A stretch of 64,000 nt of DNA from a virus. Its lineage: Duplodnaviria > Heunggongvirae > Uroviricota > Caudoviricetes. Below the pieces are notes generated by a model. The model searched no databases, was not told the origin of the DNA, and saw only the letters and a program-made list of their open reading frames with translations. The position numbers and the translations under genes were made by a program. The DNA lies in IMG/VR virus record IMGVR_UViG_3300035520_000451; one strand, 5' to 3'. Of this stretch, positions 1-9,200 are shown one piece after another. The stretch's first letter is position 1, and each line of letters begins with the position of its first letter.

Positions 1-4
1 AAAT

Positions 5-856
5 ATGGTAGTAGATGATAATGGTAATGTTCAGTCAAGTTTTAAAATGACTGCTGACCAAATAAATTTATCATCAACTGGCAGTATAGCTCTCAACGAT
101 GTTTTAAAGGTAGTTGGCTCTAATGTACTGATAAATGGTTATTTATCTATAGAATTTACAGATTTAGACGAATCTGTATCTAATGGTAGTAATACATTAT
201 ACGATTTAAGTAATCCAACTCAAGGTGTACTTCTTAAAAATACTTTTCAAGTAAAAGTAGACAATAGTCAATATGGATATAAACCGCAAGATAATTACAG
301 AAATATAAAAGTTGTATTACCATACGACAAAGAATATATTGGAACACGTTGTATTATATGGAATAATGGAGGTGGTAGAGTAACTCTTCCTAATAATGGT
401 GCTCTAACTGGGAATGTTTATGCGGCAGAGATATGCGAGATAGTTTCTCAACCATTACAATCAAAAGTACTTATACGTAAAGACGAGTATTATGAGGATG
501 GTGTAAAATACAATGAAGAAACTGATACGGAGTATGCATCTGCTTATCCTATCAATAATGTTTATTCTGAAAGTGATATGGATATAAATACTCTAGAATC
601 TTGGTTTACTTCCGTTTATTTCCAATATGGTATAATAGAACTTTTAGGAGTTCCAATCTACGTAAATGTTACAAGATATTATGACTACGGTACTGATGAT
701 GAAAAAGTAGAAACCGTAAAAGAAATTATTGGTACACAATGGGTTATCATTAATAGACGTTGTGCGGCATTTGGTACAGGAACTTATGTTAGTTATGGTA
801 ATACAAATTATCCATTTAAGCCAACTCAATGGTGGGAAAATTATAATGAAGAATGA
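5..856 (+). CDS. Tail fibre/tail-associated protein, C-terminal part (probably truncated by the window edge)
   Basis: 283-aa ORF open from the window start with no in-frame TAG. Beta-rich composition, and it lies directly upstream of BACON-like and fibre genes. Function is inferred from context. Confidence 0.5.
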   Translation: MVVDDNGNVQSSFKMTADQINLSSTGSIALNDVLKVVGSNVLINGYLSIEFTDLDESVSNGSNTLYDLSNPTQGVLLKNTFQVKVDNSQYGYKPQDNYRNIKVVLPYDKEYIGTRCIIWNNGGGRVTLPNNGALTGNVYAAEICEIVSQPLQSKVLIRKDEYYEDGVKYNEETDTEYASAYPINNVYSESDMDINTLESWFTSVYFQYGIIELLGVPIYVNVTRYYDYGTDDEKVETVKEIIGTQWVIINRRCAAFGTGTYVSYGNTNYPFKPTQWWENYNEE

Positions 857-1131
857 AACATATAACAGCATATTTAAAGAGCTATATTAGAAGTGATGGT
901 GTTCCAAGTAGTGCAGAAATATTTTCTATTGGTGCAGATACAGAATTGACTTCTAGTGTTATGCCTACTCTTATGTGGGCGTTATCAAGAAAGACTGATT
1001 ATTATATCAGAGTCCATCCTAAAAATGTTTGGGTAGGTAGTCAAGGAGATGCTTCAATACTTACTGTTGATAGTAATATTAAATGGAGAATAACAGATGA
1101 TAATAATAACTATATTGAAGTCAGTTCTTAA
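853..1131 (+). CDS. Small protein with a BACON-like (Ig-like) repeat; the frame continues past the TAA to 1206
   Basis: ATGA overlap with the upstream gene. It ends with LTVDSNIKWRI, resembling the 'lTV.SN..W.i' C-terminal strand of BACON domains. Confidence 0.55.
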   Translation: MKHITAYLKSYIRSDGVPSSAEIFSIGADTELTSSVMPTLMWALSRKTDYYIRVHPKNVWVGSQGDASILTVDSNIKWRITDDNNNYIEVSS

Positions 1132-1225
1132 AATATTAATATAGGAATACAAGGTAATACAAGTGAACTTACAATTAATAGTAACGTAGCTTGGAATATA
1201 GAATAATAAAAATTAAAAATTAATT

Positions 1226-1900
1226 ATGGCAAGTTCAACTTTAAAAAATTGGGTAAAAGTCAATCCTACAACTGGAGCTTCTGGAAGTACATCAGTAGCA
1301 ATATCAGCAGATGCTTATTATGGTCGTGTAGCAAGAAGCGCAGTAACTCTTAATGTAGATGCAGCAGAGCTTACAGGGCATAGTTCAGCAGATACTACAT
1401 TTACAGTAGCACAGGCTGGTAGAGGTAATTATATGGATTTAAGTAATCCAAAAATTGCTATTGCAAAGGGAGGTGGTACTGCTACTATTATTGGTGAATG
1501 TAACTGGGCAAGTATGTATGTAACCACTATATCAGGTGATACAAGTTATATTAGTGGGTATAGTAGTTCAATGAAAGGAAGCATAAAACTTACTATTAAT
1601 AGTGCCAGTTCTGCTCAAAACCAAGGAGCTATATCAGGAGACCCTGGAGCTACTGGACTATATACTTGGAAGTTAGATACAATAAACTTGTTGGCAAACT
1701 CTACAACTGCAAGTAAAACAATAAAGATAATATTATCACCTGCTAGTACAGAATCTACTGAGTCTGTTACTATAACAATAACCATAGCAGAGGGCGACCC
1801 ATATGTAACTTTGTCTACAAATGCAATTACCATCCCAGCAGCTGGTACTGCTCAGACATTAACAGTTTCTTCAAATACTAATTGGAGTATTACTGAATAA
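1226..1900 (+). CDS. BACON-domain-like virion adhesin/tail protein
   Basis: 224 aa, Thr/Ser/Ala-rich. The N-terminus WVKVNPTTGASGS...RVAR...TVAQAG and the C-terminus ITIPAAGTAQTLTVSSNTNWSITE match BACON repeat patterns common in crAss-like tail genes. Confidence 0.65.
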   Translation: MASSTLKNWVKVNPTTGASGSTSVAISADAYYGRVARSAVTLNVDAAELTGHSSADTTFTVAQAGRGNYMDLSNPKIAIAKGGGTATIIGECNWASMYVTTISGDTSYISGYSSSMKGSIKLTINSASSAQNQGAISGDPGATGLYTWKLDTINLLANSTTASKTIKIILSPASTESTESVTITITIAEGDPYVTLSTNAITIPAAGTAQTLTVSSNTNWSITE

Positions 1901-1911
1901 TTAATTAAACT

Positions 1912-2166
1912 ATGAGTGTTAGTAAGACCATAAATGGTATTACTCTTTCGGGTACAGGAGAGAGTGGGAGTTCTACTCTCTCCGTATCTGCGGAAGTTAA
2001 TGAAGGACTTGATAGGTTAGCTATATTTACAATATCAACTACAGATAATAGTGGCACTAAAACAACTCTTTCAGTAACTCAAGAAGGAAAGAGGGAAGTA
2101 TTTAATGCTTCAGATGGTAGTTTCTTATTGAGTGATAGTACAACATTTAATACATTGAAATCATGA
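1912..2166 (+). CDS. Small BACON-like tail protein
   Basis: 84 aa containing SGTGESGSSTLSVSAEVNEGLDR...LSVTQEGKRE, a partial BACON-type pattern. ATGA overlap with the next gene. Confidence 0.55.
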   Translation: MSVSKTINGITLSGTGESGSSTLSVSAEVNEGLDRLAIFTISTTDNSGTKTTLSVTQEGKREVFNASDGSFLLSDSTTFNTLKS

Positions 2167-3788
2167 GTTATAATAGTTCATATACAGGAGCACAAATAGA
2201 AGAGAAACTTGGTTTAGTAGATTCTACAAAGAAAACTTCAGAGATATATTCAGAGGCAAGTACAGCTTCAACAAATGCTTCTTCGGCAGTTACAACAGCT
2301 AATAATGCTCTAAGTGCAGCAGCTAATATAAAAGGAATTTTGAATTGTGCTTCAGATACTACTTCTACCCTTAAAAGTGCTATGTTAGCAATGCCTGATA
2401 ATAGTGCTATTTATTATTCAATAAGTGATAAAGCTACTGTAAGTACAAGTTCAAGTGTTACATTTAATAGTAGTCTAGCTTCTTTTATTACAAAAGCACC
2501 ATATACTTATGTATTGAGCAATTGGGTTGGAGCTGGAACAGCAAATACTTCTTTAGGAGCTAGTAATGGAGATTTATTGGTTGTTATCAAAGCTAAAGTT
2601 TCATCAGTCAATACTTGGTTAATTAAGATAATTCCTTTAAACGATGCAAAGGTAGCAAGTGGAGATTTCCCTGGCTGTGATGGTTTGGAAACGATATGGG
2701 ATAAAACACAGATAAACAAGATACCTGATGCAATAACAGAATTAGGTAAGAAGTTATCTTTGCCACATAATAGTGAGGCTAATATGAACAATGCCCTGAC
2801 TTCGGGTATTTATTATTGGTGTAATTTAGGACGCCCAGCAGGTTCAACGGGATATTATACATGTGTTGTTTTGCGTAGTTCAGATGCAGATGGTAATGGT
2901 TATTATAGTATAGAACAGACTGCTTATGGTAGAACAGACGAGTTAGGAAGAGTATTCAAGAGAATGATATTTTGGAAGAGTAGTTCCGATAGCGTGTATC
3001 TTGATTGGGTAGAGGTTACTGCATCTTCTTCAAGCTCGGATTCTAGCGATAGTGATGGCATAGATTTTAGTGATTTGTATATTGTTACAGCGAGTGATGA
3101 AGGTACACAATATGCGTACCCTGCATGGCGCACTAATTTTGAGGATTGGACTTGCAAAGTAGTGAGTATGGAAGGTAAAATAATTGAGGAAGATATTAAT
3201 ATTCTATATGTCATTGGTATTGCCATTAAAGTGGGTTCTCGTATGCTTATGATGGGATTGGGAGATACACCTAAGTATAGTGCTGATTACACCTACGAGA
3301 GCTTTACAGTATCAGACTCGGATGATATATTCAACGATAAGGTAGATGGAAAAAAAATTCTTGCCTCTTCTGCCTCTACTGCCATGTTTTTATATGAGCA
3401 AGTAAATGGATATTCACCATCAAGAACCTATTGGAACCATGGAGATGAAGACAAATATTACCCAGCAGGAAGTTGGTGGCTCCCGACTTATATAGAATGG
3501 AGAGCAATTTTACCAAAAGTCCCTGCTATTAATAAGATACTAAGTAGCCTATATGAAATAACACATGGCGAAGATACTTATCCAGCTCAATTTTATAACT
3601 GGGAATATGTAAATGCTTTTGTAGAGTTTAGAGCTTATACTACCTGTACTAGCCCCGATGATAGTCATATCTATATGGCGATAATATATACGTCAGAAAG
3701 TAAAATAGAACTTATTTATATGCCTGATGCGTTGGGGCACCTTCGTCCTATTACTTTCTTAGACCCTGATGTAAAAATCTACAACTAA
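2163..3788 (+). CDS. Mosaic tail fibre / receptor-binding protein
   Basis: 541 aa with no TAG. It has an N-terminal MSYNSSYTGAQIEEKL anchor, an Ala/Ser-rich coiled segment, a central fibre-knob-like segment (NMNNALTSGIYY...IEQTAYGR...GRVFKR) and a C-terminal domain with GSWWLPTYIEW. Confidence 0.6.
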   Translation: MSYNSSYTGAQIEEKLGLVDSTKKTSEIYSEASTASTNASSAVTTANNALSAAANIKGILNCASDTTSTLKSAMLAMPDNSAIYYSISDKATVSTSSSVTFNSSLASFITKAPYTYVLSNWVGAGTANTSLGASNGDLLVVIKAKVSSVNTWLIKIIPLNDAKVASGDFPGCDGLETIWDKTQINKIPDAITELGKKLSLPHNSEANMNNALTSGIYYWCNLGRPAGSTGYYTCVVLRSSDADGNGYYSIEQTAYGRTDELGRVFKRMIFWKSSSDSVYLDWVEVTASSSSSDSSDSDGIDFSDLYIVTASDEGTQYAYPAWRTNFEDWTCKVVSMEGKIIEEDINILYVIGIAIKVGSRMLMMGLGDTPKYSADYTYESFTVSDSDDIFNDKVDGKKILASSASTAMFLYEQVNGYSPSRTYWNHGDEDKYYPAGSWWLPTYIEWRAILPKVPAINKILSSLYEITHGEDTYPAQFYNWEYVNAFVEFRAYTTCTSPDDSHIYMAIIYTSESKIELIYMPDALGHLRPITFLDPDVKIYN

Positions 3789-3944
3789 CATCACTATGAA
3801 GCAGGAAGCAAGAAAATAAACTCCAGATTTGCCAAAGAAAAAGAACGTGACGAAGATATTAGTAATCTAAAGAATAAGATAGGAGGTCTAGAAAATAAAA
3901 TGGACACATTAATATCTATTCTATCTAAAGAAAAAGATAAATAA
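3789..3944 (+). pseudogene. Start-less 3' remnant of a small coiled-coil phage gene
   Basis: In frame after the TAA at 3786-3788 the sequence reads HYEAGSKKINSRFAKEKERDEDISNLKNKIGGLENKMDTLISILSKEKDK* with no upstream start codon. It resembles, from memory, the C-terminus of a conserved Bacteroidota-phage protein (..LNPQFAKEKE..). Confidence 0.4.
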
Positions 3945-3952
3945 TTGTTATT

Positions 3953-4132
3953 ATGAAAGGTTTTATTGAAGTTAAAGAGGATCAATACGAAGATACCATA
4001 GAGCACTTATATAGAATAAAAATGCTTGCTTGCAAACTAATTAAAAAACTTGCAGGTAGTTCTGAAGTGTATGATGAAGATGGTGCCGAAGAAGAGATTA
4101 CAAGAGCAAGAAGAGGGAGATATGTTTATTAA
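3953..4132 (+). CDS. Small hypothetical protein (59 aa)
   Basis: MKGFIEVKEDQYEDTIEHLYRIKMLACKLIKKLAG...RARRGRYVY*, with an AT-rich leader ahead of the ATG. Confidence 0.65.
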   Translation: MKGFIEVKEDQYEDTIEHLYRIKMLACKLIKKLAGSSEVYDEDGAEEEITRARRGRYVY

Positions 4133-4188
4133 TTAAATTATGGGTGGCGACAAGTATGTTGTCACCCATTTTTAGTTTAATTGCAACT

Positions 4189-4563
4189 ATGGAGGATTTT
4201 ACTAAATATGATATTAAACCGGAGGGATTTATAAATTATCTAAGATATTACGGAGAACATTTTAACAAAAAATTATGTGAATTTGCTTGTTCCCATTTGA
4301 ATAAACATACATATACTAAAGAAAAGATAGATGAACTTTTAAAGAATCATAGTGCAGCAATTCCAAATGCCAAATTATACGATGCTGTATATGTAGCAAA
4401 TTGGTGCGATTCTATATTATATAATTCAAGTATTTCTGACGAAAAACATTTTATATTCTTTTTATAGGATATGTTTGAAAAGTAGGGACATCTTATATTT
4501 AATAGGTGGTATGCAGATATGGCTAAACTAGGAATTCCAATAGAATGGGAAGATATGATTTAA
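4189..4563 (+). CDS. Conserved hypothetical phage protein (TAG=Gln)
   Basis: Reading TAG as Gln at 4465 and 4480 extends the ORF to ..FLQDMFEKQGHLIFNRWYADMAKLGIPIEWEDMI*, a C-terminal pattern (F.R.YAD....G.PI.WEDM) I recognise from Bacteroidota phage proteins. The ATG at 4189 is preferred over the GTG at 4144. Confidence 0.7.
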
Positions 4564-4576
4564 ATTATTGTTTTTT

Positions 4577-4613
4577 AAGTGCTGGAAATTTATTTTTATT
4601 TCCGGCACTTTTT
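4577..4613 (+). terminator. Rho-independent terminator
   Basis: 13-bp stem AAGTGCTGGAAAT / ATTTCCGGCACTT (one G-U pair) with an 8-nt loop, followed by T's. Confidence 0.7.
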
Positions 4614-4616
4614 ATA

Positions 4617-4624
4617 TATATTTG
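4617..4624 (+). promoter_or_regulatory. Bacteroidota-type -7 promoter element (TAnnTTTG) upstream of the endolysin
   Basis: TATATTTG in the intergenic gap, about 48 nt before the ATG. No clear -33 TTTG. Confidence 0.5.
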
Positions 4625-4672
4625 CCCAAAGAGAAATTAAGATAGAAAACGAATATTACAAATCTTAAGAAA

Positions 4673-5284
4673 ATGACCAATATTAAACTTGGAAGTAAAG
4701 GAGAAGAAGTAAAGGTTATACAAAAGAAACTTAATTGCATTGTAGATGGTATATTCGGATAGGTAACTGAAGAGGCAGTTAAAGCTTTCCAAAAAAGTAA
4801 AGGACTTACAGTAGATGGTATTGTAGGGCTAGAAACTTGGAATGCTTTAACTAATGTTAGTGATCCTAATCCTAGAAATATTACTGAAATTATAGTGCAT
4901 TGTACTGCTACTCCAGAAGGAAAAGATTATACTATATCATAGATAAGAGCTTGGCATTTAGCTAGAGGATTTAATGATATAGGATACCATTATGTAATAT
5001 ATCGAGATGGTTCAGTTAATATTGGGCGAGCTGAAAGCAAAATTGGTGCACATTGTACTGGACATAACAGTAATTCAATAGGAGTATGTTATGTTGGAGG
5101 TTTGGCTAGTGATGGTAAAACAGCAAAAGATACTAGAACTTCTGAACAGAAGGAATCTTTAGTTACTTTACTTACACAACTTAAAGCTAAATACCCAAAA
5201 GCTACTATACATGGGCATAAAGAGTTTGCTAATAAAGCTTGTCCGTCCTTTGATGCTTATACTGAATATAAAAATATTAAATAA
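4673..5284 (+). CDS. Endolysin: peptidoglycan-binding domain plus N-acetylmuramoyl-L-alanine amidase (Amidase_2, T7 lysozyme-like), TAG=Gln
   Basis: 203 aa. PG-binding motifs LGSKGEEVK.IQ..L...DGIFG*VTEEAVKAFQ..GL.VDGIVG..TW. Amidase motifs IIVHCTAT, GFNDIGYHY, GAHC.GHN..SIGVCYVGG and HGHKEF.NKACPSF. In-frame TAGs at 4760 and 4940. Confidence 0.93.
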
Positions 5285-5487
5285 TGGATGAGTTATTACA
5301 AAAAATAGAAGCGTTAGAAAAACGTGTAAAAGAATTAGAGTCAAATTCTTCAAAGATGTTTGGCAGATCTTATACTACAATAGGCAGTTCATCTTCGGAT
5401 TTACTACTTAAGACTAGAGGATAGGTTAAAATATAGTGGGGAAATAAATTTATTGACCTAATAAAAGATGGAAAAATAAATGTTTAA
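5284..5487 (+). CDS. Small conserved crAss-like protein (TAG=Gln)
   Basis: TAATG overlap with the endolysin stop. Reads MDELLQKIEALEKRVKELE...LLLKTRG*VKI*WGNKFIDLIKDGKINV. Confidence 0.7.
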
Positions 5488-5502
5488 AAAATGAATTAAA
5501 TT

Positions 5503-6555
5503 ATGGCAATAGGGATTAATGATTTGGATTATGATGAGGACGACGATTTGACCACAACTCAACAACAAGATACAGAGGAACCTCAAGAAGATTCTTCTTC
5601 TTATTAGGAGCCTGAGGAACCTCAAGATGATAGAGGAATTCTTTCAGAATATCTGAAGTCAAAAGGAATTGAAGATATTTCAAAGATCAAGTATGAAGGA
5701 GATGATGGTAATTATGAAGAGGTTGATTGGGACACTTTGGACTCTTCAGAAAAACTATCTATTCTAAATAATCTTGATTCTACGAATGACACTGGTTTAG
5801 ATGATTCTGAAATACAATTAATTAATTCTATCAGAAGCAGTAGAATGTCCCCTGCGGAATACTTAAATTATGTTGCACAACGGGGCGCAGATCAGTATGC
5901 TCAGAATTTAGCAGGAGCAGAATAGACTTATGAGATTGACCAATACAGTGATGAAGAATTGTTTGCAACAGATCTGATTACTAGGATGGGGAAGGATAAT
6001 ATTACAGACGAAGAAGTTCAGGAAGCATTAGATAAAGCCAAATCTAATGAATCTTTGTTTAAGAAACAAGTAGCAGCTCTTCGTAACGAATATAAGAACA
6101 TTGAAGATTAGAATAGACAGTATGCATAGTATATGCAGGAACAAGAAAAACAAGAGCAATTTAATCAGTTCGCAAATGCAATACGAGACTAGATTATAGA
6201 TTTTAAAGAATTTCATGGTTTTGAACTTGACATGGATAATGAAGATAAAGAAGAATTATATGACTTCATTACTGGATTTGACGAAGCAGGAACTAGTATT
6301 TTGGGCAAAGCTATGAATGATCCTGCCACTCTAGTAAAGATGGCATGGTTTGCATTGCATGGTGAAGAAATGCTAGATGACATTTCTGAATATGTCAAAT
6401 CACAAGTTAGTACAATACGAAAAACAAGCTATAATCAAGGCGTCTCAGATGCACGGGCTGGTAAAGTTAAAGATAATAATAAAAAACCGGTCACCGCATT
6501 TAGACCAAAAACAAATACTAATTCAAATCATTTAAGTATCGACGATTTGGATTAA
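5503..6555 (+). CDS. Acidic/coiled-coil protein upstream of the major capsid gene, possible scaffolding protein (TAG=Gln)
   Basis: 350 aa. One frame joins the track ORFs at 5737 and 6232 when TAG is read through. Acidic N-terminus, helical middle and basic C-terminus. Function is inferred from position. Confidence 0.65.
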
Positions 6556-6573
6556 TAATAATATTTAGAAAAT

Positions 6574-7386
6574 ATGATAGTTGCAAATTTCGTTACTAAC
6601 AGACCTACAATGTCTGAAACTAGAACTTATGAGGATTTTTATAAATTTTTAGGTGCTCGTCCTCATAAGTTGGGAGTAGTTTCAAGATTATATCCTGAGA
6701 ACACCGCCACTTATTTGACTGAATCTCTTAAGAATGTTTTCTACAATGATGTAAAGGGAGCTAATAAGTTCCAATCTGTAGATTCCATGATGTTTGAGTG
6801 GGAAGTAGAAACCAACTTTATTAAGAGAATTGAATTCGCTGATGTACCGTCTGAGACAGGCGAAAACGGAGGTGAAATTGTAATGGCTTTTAAAGAGCGT
6901 TACTATGAGAAGTATGATATTTTCAAAATTGATAAGACTATGCAATAGTGTATCGTAGTAAGTCGTCCGGTTCGCAAGCGTGATGATTATTGGGAAGTTA
7001 CTGTTCGTCTTATTGATAATGACTATTCTACCGAACTTGACCTTAGCGGTTGTCAAGTAGGTGATACTACTCGATTCCAGTCAAATGCTATGCCAGAATT
7101 GTCTGAAGAGGGTTATACTAAGAGTCAAAGCAATATTGAAAAGCACAGAAACTTCATTACTACTTTCCGTAATGATATTTCTTGGTCTTCTTTGTATGCT
7201 GCTCATGAGGATACATTTATTAGCATTGCTGAGGGTAAGAATCAGGGTTGTCTGAGCGAGACTATTTACAAAATGAATAAGAAGGAGAAAGAATTACTTG
7301 AGAACTTCATGATTTCAAGAAATCAAGGCCTCTTATTTAACAAGACTAACATCGATGTAAACGGAAAAGCAACTGTATGTGATCCT
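6574..7386 (+). CDS. Major capsid protein, exon 1 (271 codons; one TAG=Gln at 6946)
   Basis: Reads MIVANFVTNRPTMSETRTYEDFYKFLG... through ..NGKATVCDP. Codon usage looks like a highly expressed gene. Joined exons give a 473-aa crAss-type MCP with the junctions DP|DTGRPIYIGDG and YPG|VGGLSG. Confidence 0.85.
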
Positions 7387-8723
7387 AAACTCCTGTATTG
7401 GGATCAAGTAGGTTAACATAGCCTACTAAGTAAAATCTACTTAATTGCTGGGAACTCCTTAGGTATGAGGACAATCAGCAGCCAATATTACATATAAGCA
7501 GGTCTTTTAGATAGCATGTAATAAGGTTCAACGACTAGCCGCAAGGCGTACACTATTCAAAGTGGAAATGGTAGATAATTTATTTTAAAATGTTAAAATA
7601 TTTAAATATGAAATATATAGTATATTGTACTACAAATTTAGTTAATAAGAAAATTTATATTGGAGTACATTTATGTAAATCTGAAAAATTCGACGGTTAT
7701 TTAGGATGTGGAGTTTATGAATCTAGGCCCAGTACTTATAATAAACCAAAAACAGCATTTCAATATGCAGTTTAGAAATATGGGCCTTCTAATTTTAAAA
7801 GGATAACAATAAAAGAATATGATAATTCTGAAGATGCCTTTTTTTTAGAATCAGAACTAGTTAATCCTACTTTTTTAAAAAGGAAAGATGTATATAATTA
7901 GGTAATAGGAGGATTAGGTGGAGATTTAGCAAATTTATCTATTCCTTGTTATCAATATGATCTTAATGGGAATTATTTGCGAGAATTTAAATCTTAGTAG
8001 GCCGCCTCTAATTATATTAATCGAGGGTATACTACTATTAAAAGAGCAATTAAAGAAAAAATAAAATCTGCAAATAGTTATTGGTCATTAATAAAAGTAG
8101 AACATCTAGATTTATCAGAATATAAAACAACTGATAATCGAATTCCTGTTTTTCAATATTCAGAAACTGGAGAATATGACTGTTGTTATGAATCTATAAG
8201 TGATGCAGCTAGAGTAAATAATTGTTCGTCTACAAATATTTCAAGAAGTTGTAAGCTCGGCTATAAATGTAACAATAAATATTTTTCTTATGAATTTAAT
8301 TCAAATTTTTCTTATGCAAAAACGGAGTCTATTAAAAATAGAAAAGTATATTAGTATTCTCTATCTGGCGAATTTATAAAAGAATATGATTCATATTTAA
8401 TAGCTTAGAAAGAATTAAATAAACACGGTTTATCTAATGCTATTAAATTAGACAGAATATTTGCTGGATTTCAATGGAAATTAGAAAAATTTGATAAAAT
8501 AGACTCGGTTAAAATAAAAAGCGAAGCTAGAAAAGTAGGACAGTATGATTTAGAAGGTAATTTAATTAAAATATATGATACTGTAACTAAATGTAGAAAA
8601 GATTTCCCCGGATGTCGCCAAGTTCTTAGTGGCAAATATAAAACATCTGGTGGATACATATTTAAATATATAGAATAAATTAATGATATAGTCTGATCTG
8701 TATAGTAATATACAGTTAACATG
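7387..8723 (+). mobile_element. Group I intron 1 in the MCP gene (IA-like, 1337 nt)
   Basis: P1: exon GAUCCU pairs with GGGAUC (7400-7405), with U-G at the splice site. P10: CCUGUAUU (7392-7399) pairs with 3' exon GAUACAGG. P AAUUGCUGGGA at 7443, Q AAUCAGCAGC at 7473, R GUUCAACGACUA at 7526, S GAUAUAGUCU at 8685, terminal G at 8723. Confidence 0.9.
7590..8678 (+). CDS. Intron-encoded GIY-YIG homing endonuclease with NUMOD1-like repeats (TAG=Gln)
   Basis: KYIVYCTTNLVNKKIYIGVH...DGYLGCG, conserved E (FLESE) and N (VYN*VIGG), and repeated YQY.L.G....Y.S units. Six in-frame TAGs, TAA at 8676. The start could be 7608. Confidence 0.88.
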
Positions 8724-9200
8724 GATACAGGCAGACCTATTTATATAGGCGATGGATTGATTCCGTAGGTAGAGCGTTTTGCTTCTAAGTATGTTTATAA
8801 TGACAAGCCTACTGTAGAAATCTTCCATACTATTATGCAAACTATGAATGAGAAAGCTGAAAAGGCAACAGGTAATCATTATCATTTTATTGTTAATGAG
8901 AAGCTGTGGAACGACATTCAATATACCCTTGGTAAGTATCTTGCTGATTACAAAACCGATGGTTGCTATATGTATTCTAAAGCAGCTAACGATTATGTAA
9001 AGGTTGGTGCTACTTATTCTACTTATGAGTTCGCAGGTAATTCTATTTCATTCTCAGTGGATAGAACCTTTACTCGTGAGTATGGTGATAAGGGTTATGG
9101 TTTATGTTTGGATCTTTCTGCAGATCTTACAACTGGAAAACCTGCTATTGCTATGTTCTCATTGAAAGGTTGCGATGTACTTACTTCCAAATATCCAGGT
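8724..9200 (+). CDS. Major capsid protein, exon 2 (159 codons; TAG=Gln at 8766)
   Basis: Reads DTGRPIYIGDGLIP*VERFASKY...LTSKYPG and is in frame with the track ORF at 8835. Confidence 0.85.

Noticed and set aside
2163-4200. A complete diversity-generating retroelement or invertible fibre cassette
   Set aside because: No reverse transcriptase, recombinase, template repeat or flanking inverted repeats were found in the window. Only the fold-level hint is kept as a low-interest finding.
5284-5487. Small gene after the endolysin as a holin
   Set aside because: It has no hydrophobic transmembrane segment; it is a charged coiled coil plus a short beta-rich tail.
7387-7416. C-terminal KLLYWDQVG of the track ORF 7090-7416, and similarly KFLQCLAA at 9201-9227
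   Set aside because: These are read-through into intron sequence past the 5' splice sites, not part of the mature capsid protein.
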